A stretch of 64,000 bases of DNA from an uncultured Erysipelotrichaceae bacterium (GTDB lineage Bacteria > Bacillota_I > Bacilli_A > RF39 > UBA660): assembly GCA_902783895.1 (NCBI GenBank), contig CACZST010000036.1, positions 3,278 through 67,277 of the forward strand, given 5' to 3'. Shown here one piece after another: positions 9,133 through 19,231 of the stretch. The translations under genes were made by a program, and so were the position numbers. The notes under the pieces were generated by a model. It had not been told where the DNA came from. It saw only the letters and a program-made list of their open reading frames with translations, and did no database searches. How positions within the stretch are numbered: position 1 is the first letter of the stretch; each line of letters begins with the position of its first letter.

Positions 9133-12100
9133 TTAATTTACTTTTCTATAAGCTAATCCTAGTGATAATAATCCTAATAAGATAAATAATATATTTGAAT
9201 TTGTATTAACATTACCTGTTTGTGGTGGGATTATTTCAGTATTTTCATATTTTTTAGTTAAAGTGTTTATAATATTAAATCCATCATATGATGTTTCATA
9301 ATTTTCCACTTCTTCTTCCATAACACTATAGTCTATAAGTTTTCCAGCTGAGTATTTTGGAAGATCTTTGAATGTATATGTCCATCCCATTTCTTTGGTA
9401 ATTATTACTTCTTTAATGATTATTCCATTAGCTTTTAAATATACCTTAATTGAATTTGGTCTTTCAGCACTATTATCGTCATTCCAAATTTTATTAACTG
9501 TGATTTCAGTTTTTTCAATTTTGTGAGTGTTTGTGATAACTGATGAGATATTATTATTTTCATCAATTGTTCCAGATTCAATAGTTGAAGTATATCCTTT
9601 AACTTCAGATTCGATTATTTCATATTTGATTTCTTTTCCATTTTCATAACGTGGTAAGTTTTCAAATGTATAAGTCCAGTTATTAGCTTCTGATAATTTA
9701 ACTGATTGAATAATATTTCCATTAGCTTTTATAGAAACTGTAATTTCATCTGGTCTTATATTATCATTATTGTTATTATCATTCCAGTTTTTAGTAACTG
9801 TATACGTAAGTGTTTCAGGAGTGTGGGTGTTAGTTATATTAAAGTCTATTATTTCTGCTGTATATCCATCTACATCTTCTTCAGTTACAGTATATTTGAT
9901 TTCTTTACCATCTTTATATTTATCTAAATTTCCGAAATCAAATTTCCAATTATTTTCAGCAGTAACTTCTACTGTTTTAACTATACTTCCGTCAGCAAGT
10001 AAATTAACTGTAATTGACTGTGGTCTTTTACCATCTTGATCATCATTATCATTCCATGTTTTTTGACCTGATATATTAACTTGTTCATTACTATGAGTAT
10101 TTGTTATATCAAAACCATTTTCAGTAGATTTAATTTCAGTACTATATCCTTCAACTGCATTTTCAGTTACAGTATAATTTATAAGGCTTCCATTATTATA
10201 TTCAGGTAGATTTTCAAAGTTATATTCCCAGTTTGTCTTTTCAGAAACTGTTTGTGTTTTATTTATAACTTCATTTTCGCCTACTTTACCGCTTAAAGTT
10301 ACAGTAATTTCACTTGGTCTTATACCATCGTTATTATTACTATCATTCCAGATTTTTTTACCAGAAATTGTTTTTTCACTTGGACTGTGAGTATTAACAA
10401 TGTTGTTTTGATCATATGATACCTCATATCCGTCTGCGACATTTACTTCTTCAAATGTATAAACAATTTCTTTACCATCTTTGAATTTATCTAAATTATC
10501 AAATTTGTATGTCCAGTTATCTGCGGCTGTTATTTCTTTTGAATCAACTTTTTCTCCATTGGCAAGTAAATTAACTGTGATACTATTTGGTCTTATACCA
10601 TCTTGGTTATTACCATCAACCCATGATTTTTGAACAGTTATTGAAGTTTTAATTGGTGAGTGTGTATTTGTTATATCATATCCATTAACATTTCCAGTAT
10701 AACCATCTACTGTGTCTTCAGATACTGTATAAACAATTTCTTTACCATCTTTGAATTTATCTAAATTATCGAATGAATATGCCCAGTTATCTTCCTCTGT
10801 TACTTCTTTGGAATCAACTTTTGTTCCATCAGCGTATAAGTTAACTGTGATACTATCTGGTCTTATACCATCTTGGTTATTATTATCATTCCATGTTTTT
10901 GTACCTTCTACTGATACTTTTTCTATTTCGTGAGTATTAGTAATGTTATATCCGTTTATTTCAGAAGTATAACCACTAACATTTTCTTCTTTAACTGTAT
11001 ATTCAATCTCATAATCATTGTCATTTTCATGACCTTCTTGATATTTATTTAAATCATCGAATGAATATTCCCAGTTATCTGTAGCTGCAATTTCTTTTGA
11101 AGCAATTCTTGTTCCATCAGCGTATAAGTTAATAGTAATACTATTTGGTCTTATACCATCTTGGTTATTATTATCATTCCATGTTTTTGTACCTTCTACT
11201 GATACTTTTGCTTTTGGAGCAATTTCGATTGTTACTGTAGAAGTATTACTATGAACGGTGTCATTACTTCCGTTTGTAGTAACTATTGTATCTACTGAGT
11301 ATGTAAATTCCACATTACCAGTTACACCAGGTTCTGGAGTAAATGTAAATTTACCATCATTATTTATTGATAATGTTCCTTGAAGAGTTCCATCTTTATA
11401 AATTGAATATGTTCCGTCACTGTTTTTCTTAACGCTTTCATTTTCATTTATAATTAATGTATCAGAAACTGTTAAATTATCACTTGCATTTTCTTTGTCA
11501 GTAAATGTGTTTTTATTTAGATCATTGTCTAAAATAGAACCACTAACTGCCTCTCCTTCATAAGTACTATAATTATCATCTTTAGTAATAGTTGGCACCT
11601 CAGTTGTTGGTTTGTTAAATTCAAGGTCAACATTAATATCAGTGTATGCTGGATTATCTTCAGATACAGTTGTATTTAAAGTTGCACTTGTATTTGTATA
11701 CATTGAACCATGATAATCATCTTTTGCTACAACATCGTAAGTAAGTGTGTAGTCTTGGTTTGCAGTTAAATCTCCGATATTCCAAGTTAGGGTTGTTGTT
11801 CCGTCACTATTTTCAGTAACAGTTACACCAGCTGCTTCTAATTTGGTTTTTGAATCAGCAGATAATGTAAACGTATTTGGTATAGTATCTGTAACTACAG
11901 TTCCTCTACCAATTGTATTTATTGTTTGAGTAAGTATTTCCTCGAATAATTTGTTTAAATCATCTTCTGTTAGAGCTTCATAATTTTTATATGAAGGATT
12001 TTCTTGTTCAGGATTTACTTCTTTTAATATTTCTGCGGCTTCAGCTTCATTTCCTAATGTAATTGTATATACGTCAGCTTCTTTGAAATCTGATTTTAAA

Positions 12101-12810
12101 GAATCAAGTTCTTCTTTTGCTGCTTGTGATGGTGTAATACTTAGATTATTACACATTCTTTGGTTTGAATAATTGTTACCATTTCCTGGGCCTGGTTTAT
12201 TTTCACTTCCGTCACCACATACAACTCCATTGTGATTGTAGAATGTTGGAATTCCATCAGTTAGAATTACAACCAATGTTTTAGCATCCGGACGAGAACC
12301 TGCTTCTAGTATTTCTTTAGCTTTGGCTATACCAGATTGTAAGTTTGTTCCTCCATTTGCATCATATTTATTAGCAATGAAGTTATCAATTGTTTGTCTG
12401 TTGTTTGTTAAATTTTGGGTGTCTTTAACATTTGTTCCATATTCAACTATACCCATTTCAACATCATATTTACCATTCATTAAACTATTAACGAATGCTG
12501 TTGCGGATGTTTTGGCAGCTTGAAGTCTGTTTGGTCTTGAATAATCATATTGACCATTTGGACCGTAAGCCATACTTCCAGAACCATCCATGACTAAAAC
12601 AACATCAATTTTTTGACTAGATGTGTAACCATTTGCATTAGCTTTTAATGATACTGTAGATGTTCTTCCGTAATCATCTTGTCTTTGAGCAGTTTTACTT
12701 AAATTTATTTCACCTGGATTTCCAGCTGCTTGAATTATAGTAAATAGACCTAAGACAGATAAGCACAAAGTTCCCATAAAGAATTTAAATTGTTTAAATC
12801 TATCTTTCAT
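9133..12810 (-). CDS. cell-wall-anchored adhesin: signal peptide, vWA (MIDAS) domain, 7 CnaB-type repeats, PPQTG sorting signal
   Basis: MIDAS 'VMDGSGSM', 'GGTNL', 'LTDGIPT'. Seven ~90-aa repeats 'TKTWNDNNNQDGIRPxSITVNLxADG...NW.Y.F.NL.K...GKEI.YTV.E..V.GY'. C-terminus 'PPQTG' (nt 9214..9228) plus hydrophobic stretch plus 'RKVN'. Confidence 0.85.
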   Translation of the reverse strand: MKDRFKQFKFFMGTLCLSVLGLFTIIQAAGNPGEINLSKTAQRQDDYGRTSTVSLKANANGYTSSQKIDVVLVMDGSGSMAYGPNGQYDYSRPNRLQAAKTSATAFVNSLMNGKYDVEMGIVEYGTNVKDTQNLTNNRQTIDNFIANKYDANGGTNLQSGIAKAKEILEAGSRPDAKTLVVILTDGIPTFYNHNGVVCGDGSENKPGPGNGNNYSNQRMCNNLSITPSQAAKEELDSLKSDFKEADVYTITLGNEAEAAEILKEVNPEQENPSYKNYEALTEDDLNKLFEEILTQTINTIGRGTVVTDTIPNTFTLSADSKTKLEAAGVTVTENSDGTTTLTWNIGDLTANQDYTLTYDVVAKDDYHGSMYTNTSATLNTTVSEDNPAYTDINVDLEFNKPTTEVPTITKDDNYSTYEGEAVSGSILDNDLNKNTFTDKENASDNLTVSDTLIINENESVKKNSDGTYSIYKDGTLQGTLSINNDGKFTFTPEPGVTGNVEFTYSVDTIVTTNGSNDTVHSNTSTVTIEIAPKAKVSVEGTKTWNDNNNQDGIRPNSITINLYADGTRIASKEIAATDNWEYSFDDLNKYQEGHENDNDYEIEYTVKEENVSGYTSEINGYNITNTHEIEKVSVEGTKTWNDNNNQDGIRPDSITVNLYADGTKVDSKEVTEEDNWAYSFDNLDKFKDGKEIVYTVSEDTVDGYTGNVNGYDITNTHSPIKTSITVQKSWVDGNNQDGIRPNSITVNLLANGEKVDSKEITAADNWTYKFDNLDKFKDGKEIVYTFEEVNVADGYEVSYDQNNIVNTHSPSEKTISGKKIWNDSNNNDGIRPSEITVTLSGKVGENEVINKTQTVSEKTNWEYNFENLPEYNNGSLINYTVTENAVEGYSTEIKSTENGFDITNTHSNEQVNISGQKTWNDNDDQDGKRPQSITVNLLADGSIVKTVEVTAENNWKFDFGNLDKYKDGKEIKYTVTEEDVDGYTAEIIDFNITNTHTPETLTYTVTKNWNDNNNNDNIRPDEITVSIKANGNIIQSVKLSEANNWTYTFENLPRYENGKEIKYEIIESEVKGYTSTIESGTIDENNNISSVITNTHKIEKTEITVNKIWNDDNSAERPNSIKVYLKANGIIIKEVIITKEMGWTYTFKDLPKYSAGKLIDYSVMEEEVENYETSYDGFNIINTLTKKYENTEIIPPQTGNVNTNSNILFILLGLLSLGLAYRKVN
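9256..11215 (-). repeat. tandem CnaB-domain coding repeats (7 units, ~270-290 bp)
   Basis: Units recognisable at the protein level. At the DNA level 10861..10920 is identical to 11149..11208 (60/60). Confidence 0.85.
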
Positions 12811-12843
12811 AACTTCCCCTCCTCTTTAATGAAAGTGTCATTT

Positions 12844-12872
12844 ATTTTAGCTTTTTTTTGTTATCAAGTCAA
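12844..12872 (-). promoter_or_regulatory. putative sigma-A promoter of the adhesin-srtB operon
   Basis: Minus strand TTGACT - 17 nt - TAAAAT, ~30 nt upstream of the GAGGAGGGG RBS. Confidence 0.5.
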
Positions 12873-13023
12873 TCAAAAAGTGAAATTTTTGTGATTTTTT
12901 TTGAACTTTTGGCATTTTGTGGATTTTTTTAGTTTGAAAATCCAAAATTTAAACTTTTTTCAACACTTTTATTATAGTCAAAAAAATAATTATTATTCAT
13001 AGTAACCCCCCTATATTAAAAAA

Positions 13024-13043
13024 ATTGTAATTAAGATTACAAT
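13024..13043 (-). terminator. rho-independent terminator of cls
   Basis: attgtaat-taag-attacaat abutting the stop codon, followed on the - strand by a T-run (plus A-run 13018..13024). Confidence 0.6.
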
Positions 13044-14588
13044 TTACATTAAGGGGGCAAATGCTTTTAATATTTGTCTTTTTAAACTATCAAGGAAGGA
13101 TAATTTTTGTCTTTTTTTCAATTTTATTTGCTTAGATTTTTTTAGTGTGTTTTCAATATCTTGTTTTATTTGATTTATTGTATGGCTGTGATACATCCAA
13201 ACTCCACATTCAAAGTGCAGGTAAAGACTTCGATAATCTAAATTAACTGTTCCAACAACAGAATATTCATCATCAACAACAAATGTTTTAGCATGAATAA
13301 ATCCTTTGGTAAACTCATATATTTTAATTCCACCTTCAATTAATTGGTCATAGTAAGCTTTTGTTACTTCATTAACTGTTTTTTTATCAGGTATACCAGG
13401 GGTAATTATTCGAACATCGACGCCTCTTTTGGCTGCAGTAATTAAAGCTGTTATCATTTCATTATCAATGATTAAATAAGGGGTGGTTATATAAACATAA
13501 CGATTTGACTTATTTATTAGGTTTAAGTAAATTGTTTCACCTACAGCTTCGTTATCCCATGGACTATCATTATATGGGATGATGTAGCCGTCTGTTTTTG
13601 TTTGATAAATAAGGTCATGGTCTGGCTTGTATAATTTATAATCAGTTGTTTCATTTTTTATGTAATCCCACATTGATAAGAACATAACGGTAAAATTCCA
13701 AGCGGCCTCTCCTTCAAGCATAATCCCATTATCTTTCCAGTATCCAAATCTTACTTTTTTATTCATGTATTCATCAGCTAAATTGATTCCACCTGTAAAG
13801 GCTATATAACCATCAATGACAGCAATTTTTCGGTGGTCACGGTTATTAAATCTCGAACGTAATGTGGGAATTAATTTATTAAATATGGCAACTTTAATAC
13901 CTTGTTTTTCCAATTTTTTATCATAATGATTTGGTAAGGTGGTGATACATCCAAAATCATCATATATAATTCTTACTTCAACACCTTCTTTTATTTTTTC
14001 TTTTAATATGTTTAGTATATTTGTCCACATATATCCTTTTGAAATGATGAAGTATTCTAAAAATATATATTTTTTAGCATTTTTTAAAGCTTTTATTAAA
14101 TAGTTATAATATTCTTCTCCATTTTTTAGATATGTGGTTTTTGTATGTTTACAAACTGTAGTTGGTGAATATTCAGTTATATATATAGCCTGCCCTAAAG
14201 CAACAATACTTTCATATTTAAGTTCTTCTAATATGAGATTTTTATCAAGATTTTCTTTACTTTTATAGTATATTTTTTTTAACTTTTCTTTTTCTTTTTC
14301 GCTTACTTTATTCATACCAAATATAAAGTATAAAATTACTCCAAAGATTGGGAGTCCCATAACAGGGATTATCCAGGCAATTTTATAACTGGGATTTGAT
14401 TTACCATTAATGATATACAATGTCATTAAAATACTTATTACTGAACTTATTAAATAAAAATGAACGATATATTCTTTATAATCTAAAACAATTAAAAATA
14501 TTAAAGCAATTTGAGCAATCATTAGTAATGGGATTAAAAATATTCGGTGAGTTATTAATTTTATAATATTTTTTAATAGTTTAACCAT
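13044..14588 (-). CDS. cls: cardiolipin synthase
   Basis: Two N-terminal TM helices and two PLD HKD motifs: 'HRKIAVIDGYIAFTGGINL' and 'HAKTFVVDDEYSVVGTVNLD'. Confidence 0.9.
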   Translation of the reverse strand: MVKLLKNIIKLITHRIFLIPLLMIAQIALIFLIVLDYKEYIVHFYLISSVISILMTLYIINGKSNPSYKIAWIIPVMGLPIFGVILYFIFGMNKVSEKEKEKLKKIYYKSKENLDKNLILEELKYESIVALGQAIYITEYSPTTVCKHTKTTYLKNGEEYYNYLIKALKNAKKYIFLEYFIISKGYMWTNILNILKEKIKEGVEVRIIYDDFGCITTLPNHYDKKLEKQGIKVAIFNKLIPTLRSRFNNRDHRKIAVIDGYIAFTGGINLADEYMNKKVRFGYWKDNGIMLEGEAAWNFTVMFLSMWDYIKNETTDYKLYKPDHDLIYQTKTDGYIIPYNDSPWDNEAVGETIYLNLINKSNRYVYITTPYLIIDNEMITALITAAKRGVDVRIITPGIPDKKTVNEVTKAYYDQLIEGGIKIYEFTKGFIHAKTFVVDDEYSVVGTVNLDYRSLYLHFECGVWMYHSHTINQIKQDIENTLKKSKQIKLKKRQKLSFLDSLKRQILKAFAPLM

Positions 14589-14706
14589 TTAATCATCTCC
14601 CTTGGCATTTTGATTATACCTTATTTTGGTTTTTGTTTCAATAATTTGACTTTTTTTGTGTAATTGGTATACTAACTTACATAAGTTTGAAAAAGAGGTA
14701 TTATTT

Positions 14707-15360
14707 ATGGACGACAAAATTTTCGCACGTGGCGTATGTTTAAAAAAAATATTTTGGGTTTTCTTATTTGGATGCGTATTTGGCTGTGTTTTTGAAATGG
14801 TTTTAACCTTTTTCCAAAGAGGTGTTTGGGTAAGCAGACAAGGTGTTATATATGGACCATTTAATCCGGTTTACGGTCTTGGGGCGGTTATCTTTACTAT
14901 TTTTTTAACAAGGTATAAAAATCCCCTTAAGATATTTTTAGGTGGTATGCTTTTAGGTGGAGGTTTTGAATATATTTGTTCATTACTTCAGCAGATGATA
15001 TTTGGTACTACTTCTTGGAATTATAGTAAGCAATTTTTAAATATTGGTGGACGAACTAGCTTTTGGATAATGGTTGGCTGGGGTATTTTAGGTTTGATAT
15101 ATATAAAATTAGTATATCCGGTTTTATCAAAACTTATCGAAAAAATTCCTGTTAGGATTGGAAATGTTCTTACTATCATTTTAGCTTTATTTATGATTGT
15201 TGACTGCGGAATATCAGCTTCAGCTTGTTTAAGGCAATCAGAAAGAGACAGTGGTATTAAAGCTGAAAATAAATTTGATGTATTTTTAGATAAGCATTAC
15301 CCTGATAATCGTCTTGAAAAAGTATTTGAAAATGCTAGAAATGTTGCAAAACAAAACTAG
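14707..15360 (+). CDS. polytopic membrane protein (ABC-transporter type IV / DUF1113-like)
   Basis: Several TM segments. Family assignment is from memory of 'GVIYGPFNPVYG...GGGFEY'-type sequences. The in-frame ATG at 14707 is taken as the start. Confidence 0.4.
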   Translation: MDDKIFARGVCLKKIFWVFLFGCVFGCVFEMVLTFFQRGVWVSRQGVIYGPFNPVYGLGAVIFTIFLTRYKNPLKIFLGGMLLGGGFEYICSLLQQMIFGTTSWNYSKQFLNIGGRTSFWIMVGWGILGLIYIKLVYPVLSKLIEKIPVRIGNVLTIILALFMIVDCGISASACLRQSERDSGIKAENKFDVFLDKHYPDNRLEKVFENARNVAKQN

Positions 15361-15366
15361 AAGATT

Positions 15367-17529
15367 TTATTCTTCTAGTTTTATTTTAACTATATTTCCA
15401 TTTGTATCTGTGCCTGCAGGAATGGATTGCTCTTTAACATGTCCATAACCTTCTATTTCATATTTTATATTTAAAGTGTTCATTAAATATATTGTTTCAG
15501 ATCTAGTTAAACTTGTTAGATCTGGCATTTTACCAGCACCCCCGTTGGTGATTAAAAATACTTTATCATAAGAAAGTACTGTATTACCTTTTTCTGGATA
15601 TTGGTTAATTATTTTGTCACCATCTCCAATAACAATCGTTTGGATATTATTTGAATTTAGAATATTCGTGACTTCTTTTGTGCTTTTGTTTGTATATGAA
15701 TCTAATTTTATAGATGTGACACTACTATTATTTTGCTGTTTTTCTGTGAACATATTTCGATATTTAGCGATATTTTTCATTAAATTATTTACACTATCAC
15801 TAACAACTGAGGATGAAGGTGTATTTGGTTTTTTAACTGCAGCATAAATTATTATTTCTGGGTTATCTTTTGGATACATACCAGCGAATGAATAAATATA
15901 ATCATTTTCACCTCTTAGATATCCTCCATTTTTAGCGTCATATAACTGACTTGTTCCTGTTTTTCCTATAACATCAAAGCCTTCGATTTTATATTTTTTA
16001 CCTGTTGTTCCAGCATCGTCGTTATTAACAACTTGATACATTAAATCTTTTATTTTATCAACGGTTTCTTGTTTAACTAATTTACTTGTTTTTTCAACTT
16101 TTCTTTGGTATTTTACTTTACCTGAATTTGGGTCGACAATTTTTCTAACTACGTGAGGCGTTAATTCATGACCGTCATTGGCAATCATTGATAATGCTTT
16201 TAGATGCTGAATAACGGTTGTATTAATTCCTTGTCCAAATGCAGCATTGGCAACTTCAACTGGATATTTAAATCCTAAGTTACCAGCTGATTCTTTGGCC
16301 ATTTCAATGCCTGTGGCTGAACCAAAGCCATATTTTTTATAGCATTGTTTTAATTCTTCACCATTTATGAAGTTTTTAACAATATTTACAACACCAACGT
16401 TACTTGAATATTCAAATCCTTTATCATATGTTATCGTGCCCCATCCAACATTATTCCAGTCTTTTATTGTGGCATCGGCTACTTCAATAGTTCCAGAGTT
16501 AAATGTATCATCACCTTTATATGTTCCCTTTTCTAAGGCACACATGTAAGTATATATTTTCATTGTTGATCCTGGTTCAAAAACTTTAGTGACTAGTGGA
16601 TTTTCATAACTTTGTAGATTTCTTAAGTTAGGGTTATATGATGGTGATGAAGATGCAGCTAGGATATCACCTGTTTTAGCATCCATAACAGCAAATACTG
16701 CCCATTCTGGTTTGTATTTACTTTCGATGTTTTTTACTTCTGTTTCAGCAAATCTTTGAATTGTTGAATCTAGTGTTAGATATATATTACTACCGTTTAT
16801 TGCATCAATTCTTTCTTCTTTTGTGTCTGGTATCTTATATCCTTGACGATCTTGTTGATATCTTAAGTATCCATCTGTTCCTTTAAGTTCGCTGTCATAT
16901 TTGGCTTCAATTCCAAGTTCACCATCAATACTTGTAACTTGTTTATCATTTTTATCAGTATATTCGTTAGTTTTAGCATAACCAATAATATATGATGCGA
17001 AATCACCATTTGGGTAATATCTTTTATATGTTTCTTCGTAATCTAAACCTGGTAAATTAAGTTTATCGATTTCAGCTTTTTTTAGTTCGGTTATATTTTT
17101 ACCAATCGTTCCAAACTCAACTTGATATTTTCCGCTATTTTTTCCATTTTGCAAAATTTGTTTTAATTTTGAAGCATCTGTTTCTAATATTGGCGCTAAA
17201 GCTTCAGCTGTTTTATCTATATCTTTGACGTGGTTTATTTTAGTTTTAGTACTTCTGCTTGGGTCTAAATATGCGATTAAGGTATATGATGAAACATTAT
17301 TTGCAAGAATATTTTCTGAACTATCATATATTGTTCCACGGCTAGCTTTTAAGACTTTTGAGGTTGTATTACGGCTGGCGGCAAATTTTTGGATATTTCT
17401 ACCATTTATAGTTGGTGATACAGCTAGGAAGCAATATCTTACAAAAATTAAAAAGATGATAAACAAAAAAACAAGAAAAATTTTTCTTGGATAATTCCAT
17501 TCAGTTTTTTTCTTTGCTTTTTTGATCAC
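15367..17529 (-). CDS. pbpB: class B penicillin-binding protein 2B (division transpeptidase, two PASTA domains)
   Basis: 'STMK', 'SSN', 'KTGT' motifs and two C-terminal PASTA-like units. Follows mraZ-rsmH-ftsL. Confidence 0.85.
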   Translation of the reverse strand: MIKKAKKKTEWNYPRKIFLVFLFIIFLIFVRYCFLAVSPTINGRNIQKFAASRNTTSKVLKASRGTIYDSSENILANNVSSYTLIAYLDPSRSTKTKINHVKDIDKTAEALAPILETDASKLKQILQNGKNSGKYQVEFGTIGKNITELKKAEIDKLNLPGLDYEETYKRYYPNGDFASYIIGYAKTNEYTDKNDKQVTSIDGELGIEAKYDSELKGTDGYLRYQQDRQGYKIPDTKEERIDAINGSNIYLTLDSTIQRFAETEVKNIESKYKPEWAVFAVMDAKTGDILAASSSPSYNPNLRNLQSYENPLVTKVFEPGSTMKIYTYMCALEKGTYKGDDTFNSGTIEVADATIKDWNNVGWGTITYDKGFEYSSNVGVVNIVKNFINGEELKQCYKKYGFGSATGIEMAKESAGNLGFKYPVEVANAAFGQGINTTVIQHLKALSMIANDGHELTPHVVRKIVDPNSGKVKYQRKVEKTSKLVKQETVDKIKDLMYQVVNNDDAGTTGKKYKIEGFDVIGKTGTSQLYDAKNGGYLRGENDYIYSFAGMYPKDNPEIIIYAAVKKPNTPSSSVVSDSVNNLMKNIAKYRNMFTEKQQNNSSVTSIKLDSYTNKSTKEVTNILNSNNIQTIVIGDGDKIINQYPEKGNTVLSYDKVFLITNGGAGKMPDLTSLTRSETIYLMNTLNIKYEIEGYGHVKEQSIPAGTDTNGNIVKIKLEE

Positions 17530-17539
17530 TTATATTCAC

Positions 17540-17836
17540 CTACTCATCTATAACTATAATATTATCATTATTATACGCTAAACCCATTTCGCTGACAACC
17601 TGTTTAACGTTTTCAAATGACGTTAATTCGTTTACTCTCATGGTTAAACTTTCATTTTTCTTTTCTTGAACATCAATATTATATTTTATTTCTTCGATAC
17701 TCATTTTTAATTCCCCTACTTGGGCTCCACAAAATATTTTTACACCGAGCATTAAAATAAAGGCCACAGTTGCATAAAAATATAAATATTTTTCACCTTT
17801 GGTAATTCGTGATTTTTTGTTTTTCTTTTTGGCCAT
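17540..17836 (-). CDS. ftsL: cell division protein FtsL
   Basis: Small bitopic protein (basic N-terminus, one TM, coiled-coil) between rsmH and pbpB. AAGGAG 8 nt upstream of ATG 17836. Confidence 0.7.
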   Translation of the reverse strand: MAKKKNKKSRITKGEKYLYFYATVAFILMLGVKIFCGAQVGELKMSIEEIKYNIDVQEKKNESLTMRVNELTSFENVKQVVSEMGLAYNNDNIIVIDE

Positions 17837-17840
17837 AGTT

Positions 17841-18752
17841 TTAGCTCCTTTCAATTACTCTAAGTCTACTACTTCTTGAGCGTTTATTTTCTTTTATTTC
17901 TTCATCTTTTGGACTGACATTTGCGATTAATTTATATTTTGGTTTATATTCATCAGGAATAATTGGTAGTTTTTTAAGTTCATTTGGAACTGAACTTACT
18001 TCATTAAATATTTGTTTACACATTTTATCTTCTAGGGAGTGGAATGTGATAACACATAATCTACCTTTTTGATTTAATATCTCTAATGCATCTTTTAAAG
18101 CTTTTTCTAAAACATCTAGTTCGTGATTTACTTCAATTCTAATTGCTTGGAAAGCTTTTCTAGCAGGGTGTGATTTTTGACGATATTTTTCTGGAACATT
18201 ATCTTTTATTATTTCGGCAAGTTCTAGAGTTGTTTCAATTGGTTTTTCTTCTCTTTTTTTAATTATAGCTTTGACAATGCTTTTGGCATATTTTTCTTCA
18301 CCATATTTTAATAAAATTTGAATTAATTTTTTTTCATCATAAGTGTTTACAACTTCATAAGCATCTAAATTTGCATCTTGGTTCATTCGCATATCTAATC
18401 TAGCATCATGGTGGTAAGAGAAACCTCTTTCTGGAACATCTAATTGTGGTGATGAGACACCTAAATCAAATAAGATTCCATCTGGTTTAATACCCCTTTT
18501 ATTCATTTCTTCTTTTAGATTAACAAAGTTGGTGTTTATTATTTCAAAATTATTTCCAACTTTTTCAAGCCTTTCTTTAGCATGTTTAATTGCTTCTTTA
18601 TCTTGGTCAAAAGCATATAGGAAACCTTTGGGAATTCTTTTTAAAATTTCACTACTATGTCCACCATAACCTAATGTACAATCGACGATTACACTATCTT
18701 CTTTTAAATTTAAATATTCAATACTTTCATTTAATAAAACACTTTGATGCAT
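17841..18752 (-). CDS. rsmH: 16S rRNA (cytosine1402-N4)-methyltransferase
   Basis: 'HQSVLLNE', 'DCTLGYGGHS', 'LFDLGVSSPQLD', 'ITFHSLEDK' characteristic of RsmH/MraW. Confidence 0.95.
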   Translation of the reverse strand: MHQSVLLNESIEYLNLKEDSVIVDCTLGYGGHSSEILKRIPKGFLYAFDQDKEAIKHAKERLEKVGNNFEIINTNFVNLKEEMNKRGIKPDGILFDLGVSSPQLDVPERGFSYHHDARLDMRMNQDANLDAYEVVNTYDEKKLIQILLKYGEEKYAKSIVKAIIKKREEKPIETTLELAEIIKDNVPEKYRQKSHPARKAFQAIRIEVNHELDVLEKALKDALEILNQKGRLCVITFHSLEDKMCKQIFNEVSSVPNELKKLPIIPDEYKPKYKLIANVSPKDEEIKENKRSRSSRLRVIERS

Positions 18753-18761
18753 ATGTTCCTC

Positions 18762-19187
18762 CTAGATGTTTGAGAAAATGTTATCAGCTATTTTCGATAA
18801 ATTATTTTCATTTTCTTCAATAAAATTGTTCCAGTGGTTTAAGCTCCATATTTCTACTCTATCACCTACACCGATTATTACACATTCTTTTGTGATATCG
18901 GCATAATTTAATAATATTTCGGGAATATTTATTCTTCCTTGTTTATCGACATTTGTTATTGATGCGGATGATAGGAAGAATCTCATAAAGTTTCTAGTGT
19001 CTTTGGTATTTGGCAAATTTTCATATTTACTCATAATATTTTGCCAAGTACTGTTTGGATATATAAATAAACATCCATCAAGTCCACGGGTAACAATAAA
19101 GTTATCTTTTAGTTCATATCTAATCTTTGATGGGATAGTTAATCTACCTTTATCATCAAGATTGTGATGGTACTGTCCAATAAACAT
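18762..19187 (-). CDS. mraZ: transcriptional regulator MraZ
   Basis: 'MFIGQYHHNLDDKGRLTIPSKIR' and second 'DKQGRINIP' SpoVT/AbrB-like repeat. True start is ATG 19187, not the track start at 19220. Confidence 0.9.
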   Translation of the reverse strand: MFIGQYHHNLDDKGRLTIPSKIRYELKDNFIVTRGLDGCLFIYPNSTWQNIMSKYENLPNTKDTRNFMRFFLSSASITNVDKQGRINIPEILLNYADITKECVIIGVGDRVEIWSLNHWNNFIEENENNLSKIADNIFSNI

Positions 19188-19195
19188 ATTTATCA

Positions 19196-19230
19196 CCCAC
19201 TTTTCCCCACTATGATACATTTTATACCAC
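19196..19230 (-). promoter_or_regulatory. putative MraZ operator: three GTGG(G) boxes with 10- and 20-nt phasing
   Basis: Minus strand aGTGGt-N-aGTGGGg-N-aGTGGGt. Plus-strand (c)ccac at 19196-19200, 19206-19210 and 19226-19230. Lies between the putative -10 and the mraZ ATG. Confidence 0.55.
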
Positions 19231-19231
19231 T

